Positions 56,840 to 64,000 of a stretch of 64,000 nt of DNA are shown here, in pieces. The DNA comes from Minisyncoccota bacterium (GTDB lineage Bacteria > Patescibacteriota > Minisyncoccia > Phycocordibacterales > GWA1-40-21): contig JBAYKL010000001.1 of NCBI GenBank assembly GCA_041664585.1, positions 4,592-68,591 on the forward strand, in the 5' to 3' direction. The position numbers and the translations under genes are program-made. Position 1 is the stretch's first letter, and each line of letters starts with the position of its first letter. A model generated the notes under the pieces. The model was not told the origin of the DNA. It saw only the letters and a list, made by a program, of their open reading frames with translations, and searched no databases.

Positions 56840-57956
56840 GTTGTATTCCTATTTTAATTATTTCTTCTGCAATTATTTTTGCTGAATCGGCCTTAACAAA
56901 CTCTTTTGCTCCCAATGACATTTTTTCTGCGATCTTTGGATTTGTCATTATTCTTTCAACTTCTGACAAAAGAATGTTTGCTGATAGATTTGCTTCCTCT
57001 ATAACTGTACAAGCTCCTGATCTCGCATAATTATATGCATTTTCTCTTTGGTGGTCACCGTTTGAATCTGTGATTGGAATAATGATGCTTGGTATACCCC
57101 AGTTTGCTATTTCAAATATAGTTGAACCCGCTCTCGATACTACAAGGCTCGCAGCACCAGCGGCCATACTCATATTTAGATTATCCATATAATCATATGG
57201 TCTATATCTAGTCTTATAATGGCTATCTGCAAGAACCACACTGGCCGTTCTTGAAATTTCCTCAATGTTTAATTTCCCAGTCTGATGCACGACATAATAT
57301 TTCTCTACGAGCTGAGGAAGAATATTCAATATTTGTTCATTTATAAGCCTTGAACCAAGAGAGCCACCAAGTATAAAAACGACAGGAAGATCTTCAGCCA
57401 TATTAAGAAACTCTTTTGAGGCAGATTTTGTTGGTTGAAGAATTGCCTTTCTTACTGGATTTCCAGTATAAGCAACCTTCTTAGAATTAAAATATTTAAC
57501 TGTCTCAGGATATGACACGGCTATTCTTTGAGCAAATTTGGCTGACCAAGTGTTTGTTCTACCAGGCACACTATCAGACTCATGTATCATCACAGGAATT
57601 TTTAATAACCTTGCAGCAACTAATATTGGGAAACTTGTGTAAGCTCCTTTACTGAAAATTACATCTGGATATAAACTAAAGAGTTTCTTAGTTGCAGAAA
57701 TTATTCCAAAGAAGGTTCTAAATAAATCTGGAATATTCTTAAGAGAAAAATATCTTCTTACTTTTCCTGCGGAGATTTTTATAAAAGTAATATTGTTTTC
57801 TAAAAGTGCTTCTGCATCGTATGGAGAATCAGACATAAAGAAAAGCTCTACGGGCAAAAGCTTTTCTTCTCTTACTTGTCTATTTATTTCTTCTGCAATT
57901 GCTATAAGCGGATAAAAATGTCCACCAGATCCTCCTCCTGTTAATAATATTTTCAT
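56829..57956 (-). CDS. murG: undecaprenyldiphospho-muramoylpentapeptide beta-N-acetylglucosaminyltransferase
   Basis: GGGSGGHFYP N-terminal motif and GT28 fold. Confidence 0.85.
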   Translation of the reverse strand: MKILLTGGGSGGHFYPLIAIAEEINRQVREEKLLPVELFFMSDSPYDAEALLENNITFIKISAGKVRRYFSLKNIPDLFRTFFGIISATKKLFSLYPDVIFSKGAYTSFPILVAARLLKIPVMIHESDSVPGRTNTWSAKFAQRIAVSYPETVKYFNSKKVAYTGNPVRKAILQPTKSASKEFLNMAEDLPVVFILGGSLGSRLINEQILNILPQLVEKYYVVHQTGKLNIEEISRTASVVLADSHYKTRYRPYDYMDNLNMSMAAGAASLVVSRAGSTIFEIANWGIPSIIIPITDSNGDHQRENAYNYARSGACTVIEEANLSANILLSEVERIMTNPKIAEKMSLGAKEFVKADSAKIIAEEIIKIGIQHEE

Positions 57957-59066
57957 TTATTTTTTATTTTTATTAAATTTTGATACATTCAGAATAATAC
58001 CAATTTCTGAAAGTGTAATAAGCATTGCTGTACCTCCCTGACTAAAAAAAGCAAGCGGAACCCCAGAAATCGGTACAATACTAAGCATCGAGCCAATATT
58101 CATAAAAGACCTCGATATTATAAGTATAACAATTCCAACCACTAAAAGTCCACCAAAATTATCTGGTGATCGTATAGCTATTCTAAAAGCCCTGAATACC
58201 AGGAACAGGAAGAATAATATAACAAAAACACACCCAATAAATCCCATCTCTTCTCCCAAAACAGCAAAAATAGAATCGCTGATAGACTCTGGTAAAAATT
58301 TAAATTTTTGTATCCCCTGTCCAAGTCCCCTACCGAATATTTGTCCAGACCCAACAGCAATTAAAGATTGTTGTATTTGATATCCAGAAGTTAAAGAATT
58401 TGCCTCTGGGTTTAAAAAAGAAAGTATTCTATCCTTTACATAAGGTTTAGCAAAAGCGATTATCGCAATAAAAGCAATTCCTGCAGCAATAAGTAAAAGT
58501 GTATGTCTGATCTTTCCCCCAGCAGAAATAAACATTATTACCCCAATTAAACCCAAGAAAAATAAAGAATCTATGTCTGGCTGCAATATTATAGGGATAC
58601 TACAAATACTTAGTAAAATAACTAGTGGTAAAAGACCGTATCTAAATTGTTTAATTCTATCCTTATAAAGCGCTAGCCATGCCCCCCAATAAATAATAAA
58701 ACCAATATTTAATATTTCTATAGGCTGAAATGTTGTAAGTCCAAACAAATTAATCCACCTTGTAGAACCATTCAAAGTCATCCCAACACCTGGAATAAAA
58801 ACAAAACACATTATAGCTACTGATCCTAAGAATATACCAAGAGAGAATTTTTTAAATAGTTTGTAATTTATATGGGAAAATATAAAACAAGAAATTAAAC
58901 CCAAAAGCAATCCAAAAAAAGCTTGCTTAAAAGTTACAACAGTAAACTGTGCAGCATTTTTTGCAAGAATACCCATTGATGCAGAAATAAAAACAGTAAA
59001 ACCAAAAAATAATAAGAACAATACAGTTATTAAAAAAGTTCTATCTACTTTAAGTGTCTTAGACAT
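57957..59066 (-). CDS. ftsW: SEDS-family peptidoglycan glycosyltransferase (FtsW/RodA)
   Basis: 10 TM segments. Sits between mraY and murG. Confidence 0.8.
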   Translation of the reverse strand: MSKTLKVDRTFLITVLFLLFFGFTVFISASMGILAKNAAQFTVVTFKQAFFGLLLGLISCFIFSHINYKLFKKFSLGIFLGSVAIMCFVFIPGVGMTLNGSTRWINLFGLTTFQPIEILNIGFIIYWGAWLALYKDRIKQFRYGLLPLVILLSICSIPIILQPDIDSLFFLGLIGVIMFISAGGKIRHTLLLIAAGIAFIAIIAFAKPYVKDRILSFLNPEANSLTSGYQIQQSLIAVGSGQIFGRGLGQGIQKFKFLPESISDSIFAVLGEEMGFIGCVFVILFFLFLVFRAFRIAIRSPDNFGGLLVVGIVILIISRSFMNIGSMLSIVPISGVPLAFFSQGGTAMLITLSEIGIILNVSKFNKNKK

Positions 59067-60140
59067 TTATATTATCGCCAATATTAAACCGAAAATAGCA
59101 CAAACAATACTTACAACCCAATATCTCATCGAAACCTTATAAGCCGGCCAACCAATTGCCTCAAAATGATGATGCACTGGAGCAACAAGAAAAAGTTTCT
59201 TTTTCCTAAGCTTCTTTGAAAGCATTTGAAATATCACCGAAAAAGTTGTAATCACAAGTGGCAATGCAATTATAGGAAGAACAGCTACACCACGACCACC
59301 AACCATTGAATCTGTCATAAAAGCAACAATAGCTAAAGTAATAGTAAGAGCCATACTTCCTGTCTCGGACATATAAAATCTTGCTGGAGGAATATTAAAC
59401 CAAAGGAAAGCAAGAATTGCTCCAACGATAACAACACAGAAGGCTGCAAGGTCTATTTGATTTTGGAAGAAAGCGATACCTGCATAAGCAGTAAAAGCAG
59501 AAGCGAAAACTCCTCCGGCAAGCCCATCTATACCATCTATAACACCACCGGAATAAATAAATAAAATTACACCAACAAAAATTGGAATAAAAAATAATCC
59601 AAGATTTAAGTTTAAAATAAAAGGAAAATTAATAGTATTTACTTCAAGTTTAAAATAAAACCAAAGAGAAATTAGGAAAGAAATAATCCCAACTAAAATT
59701 AATCTCTTGCTTAATGAAAGCCCACCAGCATGTTTAGTATTTTCGCTTCCACGTATTTCCAAAAGATCATCTACTAATCCAACAATAGCTCCGAATATTA
59801 ATGTGAAAAAAGGAATCCAAGTTTGATTTCTGCTTAAATAATCAAACTTATCCATCACGCTTGTATTAAATATTTCTCCAAAAATCCAAAAACCCAGCGT
59901 AGTAATAATTACTGATGACCAAATTATTATTCCACCCATTCTTGGTGTACCAATTTCTTTACCTTGATGTAAACTATTAAAAATAGGTGTTCCACCACCA
60001 TCTACAGAAGAAACCGTCTTGGCCTTCTTCTTCCACATTTTATGTTTATACAAAAAATTTGTAAGAATAGGTGTTGTTAAAATACCAATCACGAAAGAAA
60101 CAACCGCAGGAAGTATTACTTTTATTATATTTATAGCCAT
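59067..60140 (-). CDS. mraY: phospho-N-acetylmuramoyl-pentapeptide-transferase
   Basis: MraY motifs (DDxxD, VGLVDD). Confidence 0.85.
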   Translation of the reverse strand: MAINIIKVILPAVVSFVIGILTTPILTNFLYKHKMWKKKAKTVSSVDGGGTPIFNSLHQGKEIGTPRMGGIIIWSSVIITTLGFWIFGEIFNTSVMDKFDYLSRNQTWIPFFTLIFGAIVGLVDDLLEIRGSENTKHAGGLSLSKRLILVGIISFLISLWFYFKLEVNTINFPFILNLNLGLFFIPIFVGVILFIYSGGVIDGIDGLAGGVFASAFTAYAGIAFFQNQIDLAAFCVVIVGAILAFLWFNIPPARFYMSETGSMALTITLAIVAFMTDSMVGGRGVAVLPIIALPLVITTFSVIFQMLSKKLRKKKLFLVAPVHHHFEAIGWPAYKVSMRYWVVSIVCAIFGLILAII

Positions 60141-60187
60141 ATTGATATGTATTATATAACTTCTAATAAACGAAAGAAAGCCTAAAT

Positions 60188-61150
60188 TTATTCTGATAGC
60201 TTTTGCAAAGTTAACTTTGCAAGACTTTCAACATCTTCAAATCTACCTTCTTGAGTAGAACCTAGCACAACAATAGCTATCGGATGTGATATTCCAGCGT
60301 CTGTGATTATCGCTAAATTACCGCCGGCTAAATCAGTAAAACCTGTTTTTGAGCCTATTAACGTAGGTATTTCATTTAGTGATATATTTGTATTTTTTGC
60401 TGGATGTCTAATATTACTTTCAGAGATAAAGACGGAGTTTTCTTTGGCGGTAGCATAGATCATTTCTGGATCATTTAATATAATATATGAGAGCAGTTTA
60501 CCCATATCATATGCTGAGCTATATGCTCCAGAAATAGCTGGGTTTATATCAAGTCCGGTTTCATTTAAAAACATTGTATCTTTTAAACCAATCTCTTTCG
60601 TTTTTTCATTCATTAAAGAAATAGTATTTTTACCATCAATTTCTTTATATCTATCCAAAGCTTTAGCTAAAGCGTGCATACCATCATTTGAAGAAGTAAC
60701 TAGCGTAAAATCAAGAAGATCTTTCAGCTTCCATTTTTCTCCTACAAGTAATCCACTGTCCCCTTCTTGTCTGATAGACTCCTCATCAATATCTATTATT
60801 GTAGTTGCTAGCATATTACTTTTGATGACAAGCCCGGCCATTATCTTTGTAACAGAAGCTAAAGGAAGTTTCTCTCTTTCGTTTTTTGAGAAAATAACTT
60901 TATTTTCTTTTACATCATATACGTAATATGATTTTGCAATTATTTCTGACAAAACTAACTCATAATTAAATGGTTGTTTTTTTGTATCAATATTTACACC
61001 TTTTACTACTTCTGGAATAGAAGAGTGATTTAGAGAAATTATAAAAATAAAAAATAAAACAACCGCTATTAAAATAGTGGAGTTTATTCTCTTGTTTTTT
61101 CTAAGTAAACTATAGAGCTTCGCTGTTTTTATTTTCTTCAATTTCTTCAT
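60188..61150 (-). CDS. D-alanyl-D-alanine carboxypeptidase (S11, PBP5-like)
   Basis: SxxK (ASVTK), SxN (SSND) and KTG (SKTGFT) motifs. Confidence 0.75.
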   Translation of the reverse strand: MKKLKKIKTAKLYSLLRKNKRINSTILIAVVLFFIFIISLNHSSIPEVVKGVNIDTKKQPFNYELVLSEIIAKSYYVYDVKENKVIFSKNEREKLPLASVTKIMAGLVIKSNMLATTIIDIDEESIRQEGDSGLLVGEKWKLKDLLDFTLVTSSNDGMHALAKALDRYKEIDGKNTISLMNEKTKEIGLKDTMFLNETGLDINPAISGAYSSAYDMGKLLSYIILNDPEMIYATAKENSVFISESNIRHPAKNTNISLNEIPTLIGSKTGFTDLAGGNLAIITDAGISHPIAIVVLGSTQEGRFEDVESLAKLTLQKLSE

Positions 61151-61742
61151 TTTGATTTTCTGTTTTTACTTCATCTGCTTCCTTTGGTAGTTCAGCATTT
61201 TTAAAGTCTTCAATGGCTTTCTTGGCCTCAGCAAATTCTGGCATATCTTCTATTTTTGAAATACCCATATATGAAAGAAGCTCAAAACTTGGTTTGTATA
61301 AGAAGCTTCTCTGATCCTTAGGATTTGTTACTTTTTCTATAAGTCCACGAATCATCAAATTTCTTAATATGAAAGTAGATTGAACTCCGCGAATATAATC
61401 CACTTCCGCACGAGATATTGGTCCCTGGTAAATAATAATAGAAAGTGTTTCGAGCCCTGCCTTACCAAGATCTTTTACAAGCTCTTCTTTTGTAAGTCTT
61501 TCTATTATTTCTGAAGCATCTTTACTTGTCCCAAGAGTTACTTCGTCTTCCTTTCTTACGATTATTATTCCCCTATCGGAAATTTTTGTTTCCAAACTAT
61601 TTAGTGCGACAGAGATTTCCTCTTCAGTTTTACTAAAAATCTGAGTTAACTTTTTTATTGTTACCGGTTCACCCTTCCAAAAAAGTACCGCTTCTATTTG
61701 TTTTTCTAAATTATTTGTTTCCATTGTTTTTATATTATCCAT
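61110..61742 (-). CDS. scpB: segregation and condensation protein B
   Basis: ScpB wHTH repeats (EAVLFWKGEPVTIKKL). Confidence 0.75.
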   Translation of the reverse strand: MDNIKTMETNNLEKQIEAVLFWKGEPVTIKKLTQIFSKTEEEISVALNSLETKISDRGIIIVRKEDEVTLGTSKDASEIIERLTKEELVKDLGKAGLETLSIIIYQGPISRAEVDYIRGVQSTFILRNLMIRGLIEKVTNPKDQRSFLYKPSFELLSYMGISKIEDMPEFAEAKKAIEDFKNAELPKEADEVKTENQNEEIEENKNSEAL

Positions 61743-62466
61743 ATATCGGTGTACCTACTTGTTTGCTTTCCATCCTTATATCATCAAACTTATTTTCTTG
61801 TGACACCTCTATTATACCTTGTTTTACGAGCTCTAGCATAGCCAGAAAGCTCACTATTACATTTACTTTCTCTACCCTACCCATACCAGAAAATTCTTTG
61901 AAACTCATCTTTAGATGATTTTTAACCCTTTCCGTAAGAGAATTTATTGTTTCTTCTAAACTTATCACTTTTATAATCTTCACTTGTGGTTTCTTTTCAA
62001 ACTTTGGAAGATTTTTGATTACATCAAAAATAGATTTAGCAAAATTCTCTTTATTCATATCGTCACTAGGAGAAAATACTGGTTCAAATTTTCTGGTATT
62101 GGGATAGAAAATCATTTCTTTTCCAAAACCATTCTTCACATGTAAGCTAAGTTCTTTTATTTTTTTGTAAATCTTAAGCTTAAGTTCTAAATCTTTCATG
62201 TCTGTTTTTTCTTCTTCGGTAAGATTTAATGTAGGTAAAAGAGACTTAGATTTAATTAAAAGAAGCGTTGAAGCAATGACAATAAAGTCAGAAGCATCCT
62301 TAATTGGAAAAGTTTCTCTGTTTTGTAAGTGAGATATGAAATCATCTGCTACTTTTGCAAGTGAAATATCATTTACAAGAAGTTTCCTTTTTTCGATAAG
62401 AGAAAGGAGTAAGTCCAATGGACCCTCAAATACTTCGGTTTTGATTTTAAAATTATCTTCAGGCAT
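61735..62466 (-). CDS. scpA: segregation and condensation protein A
   Basis: FEGPLDLLLSLIEKRKL N-terminal motif. Confidence 0.8.
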   Translation of the reverse strand: MPEDNFKIKTEVFEGPLDLLLSLIEKRKLLVNDISLAKVADDFISHLQNRETFPIKDASDFIVIASTLLLIKSKSLLPTLNLTEEEKTDMKDLELKLKIYKKIKELSLHVKNGFGKEMIFYPNTRKFEPVFSPSDDMNKENFAKSIFDVIKNLPKFEKKPQVKIIKVISLEETINSLTERVKNHLKMSFKEFSGMGRVEKVNVIVSFLAMLELVKQGIIEVSQENKFDDIRMESKQVGTPIYG

Positions 62467-62919
62467 TTACTGATTTTTTAATATTTTATCCACAATCTTT
62501 TGTCTATCTTCAACAGAAAGTTCTGGACCCAATTGAGTAGAAATATATCCGACATATTTATCGAAATATATTTTGTCATTTGCCCACATTTCAACAAATT
62601 TTTCATCAAGACCGTGTATCGGATATAATTTTATATGAACATGGTTTACCCCTAGACCCTCCATAACAATAGCGACTCTTCTTACGTTCAATCCTTTCTC
62701 AAGTATTTTTACAACTTTCTTTGTAGCGAGCATAAGATCAGTGTATGCTATATCTGGCATATCTGTAGCATCACTATCAAAATGGTCTTTTGTAATTACT
62801 AAAGTTACACCCTCAGTATTAGGATTTAAGTCCATAATTGCTAGATGTTTATCATCTTCCCAAATTTTTACACTTGGTATTTTCCCTTTTACAATTTTAC
62901 AAAAAATACAGTCTTCCAT
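62467..62919 (-). CDS. HIT-family (histidine triad-like) nucleotide hydrolase/transferase
   Basis: N-terminal CIFCKI segment and a histidine-triad-like NHVHIKLYP segment. Confidence 0.6.
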   Translation of the reverse strand: MEDCIFCKIVKGKIPSVKIWEDDKHLAIMDLNPNTEGVTLVITKDHFDSDATDMPDIAYTDLMLATKKVVKILEKGLNVRRVAIVMEGLGVNHVHIKLYPIHGLDEKFVEMWANDKIYFDKYVGYISTQLGPELSVEDRQKIVDKILKNQ

Positions 62920-62967
62920 AATGTTTTAAGATGTTTTTATTATATCACTTAATTATTATAATGAAGT

Positions 62968-64000
62968 TTAATAACTACCCTCCACATCCTCTAATCTCTC
63001 ATCGATTCTATTCATATCTCTTGGGAACATTGTAGCCTGACGAATGTTTGGTAAGTTTAGGAATTGCATTGTGATTCTTTCTGCTCCAAAAGCGAAACCT
63101 CCTTCTGGTGGAACTCCGTATTTGAAAGCTTGTAAGAACATGGAAATATTTTTTGGATCAAGTCCCCAGATTTTAACATGTTCCTCAAGTTGTTTAAAAT
63201 CATTTATACGTCTTCCACCACTCAAAAGCTCACGTCCTCTACAAATCAAGTCTACACCTTCATTGAATTCTGGATCCTTTGCATCAGGATATACATAAAA
63301 TGGCTTTTTTCTAGTTGGGAAACCATAAACAAACACGAAATCTGATCCTGTTTCTTTTTTAAATATTTCACATATTTCAACTTCGTCTTGTGAAGAAAGA
63401 TCTTTGTCTCCTCTGTTGTCTCTACCGTAAACCTCGAATATTTTTTGTTGTGATTCTCTCAAAGAAATAACTGGGGTCTTTTCAATCATCTTTGGAAGTT
63501 CAACTCCTAGTAATTTTAATTGCTCCGCATTTCTTTTTTGTATTTGTTCCAAAATATATCTGATAGTCTTTTCTGCCATATCTTTTACATCAGTCCAAGA
63601 ATCAATAAAAGCCATCTCAGCATCAAGAGACACTATTTCCGTAATGTGTCTTGTGGTTACGCTTGGTTCAGCACGAAAGATTTTGTTCACAGAGAAGCAT
63701 CTTTCAAATGCGCTCATGACGATCTGCTTATATAACTGAGGAGATTGTGTTAGATATGCTGACTTGTCAAAATAAGCTATCTTAAAGACTTCCGCGCCAC
63801 CCTCAGCTGTTGCAGGAACAATACATGGTGCTTGGAATTCGAAAAAGTTTTCACTTTTCATTACTTCTCTGAAACTATCAATTACTGTTTCCTCAATTTT
63901 GAATACTGCCTGAATTTTAGGATGCCTAAAAGTCAAAGCTCTATTATCTAGCTCAGTGGTAAGATCAAGATTGAATCCATCAACAGACATATCAAAAGGT
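62968..64000 (-). CDS. aspS: class IIb aspartyl/asparaginyl-tRNA synthetase, C-terminal catalytic domain (N-terminus outside window)
   Basis: Motif 2 and motif 3 (FGAERITMQFLNLPNIRQATMFPRD). The ORF is open to the window end. Confidence 0.8.
   Translation of the reverse strand, partial: PFDMSVDGFNLDLTTELDNRALTFRHPKIQAVFKIEETVIDSFREVMKSENFFEFQAPCIVPATAEGGAEVFKIAYFDKSAYLTQSPQLYKQIVMSAFERCFSVNKIFRAEPSVTTRHITEIVSLDAEMAFIDSWTDVKDMAEKTIRYILEQIQKRNAEQLKLLGVELPKMIEKTPVISLRESQQKIFEVYGRDNRGDKDLSSQDEVEICEIFKKETGSDFVFVYGFPTRKKPFYVYPDAKDPEFNEGVDLICRGRELLSGGRRINDFKQLEEHVKIWGLDPKNISMFLQAFKYGVPPEGGFAFGAERITMQFLNLPNIRQATMFPRDMNRIDERLEDVEGSY

Noticed and set aside
1-64000. CRISPR arrays, rRNA genes, transposases or integrases
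   Set aside because: No regularly spaced direct repeats, no 16S/23S/5S-like sequence and no recognisable transposase or integrase ORF was seen.

Overview
This is a low-GC (roughly one third GC by eye), densely packed bacterial chromosomal window with short intergenic gaps, many clean rho-independent terminators and several small-genome traits. These are a compact rpoB-rpoC-dnaG-rpoD block, oversized aminoacyl-tRNA synthetases, very few biosynthetic genes, and many secreted or pilin-like proteins. From composition and gene content I infer a CPR/Patescibacteria-like organism, but this cannot be proven from sequence alone.

Housekeeping content:
- Cell wall and division: murF (3' end), mraY-ftsW-murG, dacA-like, M23 peptidase, uppP, ctpA.
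- Information processing: leuS, cysS, gltX, aspS, rpoB/C, dnaG, rpoD, dnaB, recR, rmuC, scpAB, rplU, rplI, rpmA, tRNA-Glu.
- Metabolism: pyrG, ndk.

Features worth a second look:
- A textbook trp-type transcription attenuator upstream of an orphan trpB: a promoter, a 19-codon leader ORF with tandem Trp codons, and alternative antiterminator/terminator hairpins.
- A GC-rich, apparently horizontally acquired NAD salvage island (NrtR regulator, NadM-Nudix, NadV/NAMPT) with two palindromic TAGTGT-N7-ACACTA operators that overlap the -35 boxes of tandem promoters.
- A leucyl-tRNA synthetase carrying an inserted, apparently intact Nudix hydrolase domain with a perfect Nudix box. I do not recognise this architecture.
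- A protein that fuses a sigma-70 region-4 domain to a delta-subunit-like HARE-HTH domain.
- A TyrA-PheA fusion with a stand-alone chorismate mutase.
- A 14-codon ORF with a perfect Shine-Dalgarno sequence and its own terminator.
- A cell-surface gene block: CAP-domain protein, C-terminally anchored secreted proteins, a Cys-rich protein, type IV pilins.

No CRISPR array, rRNA gene or obvious transposase is visible.
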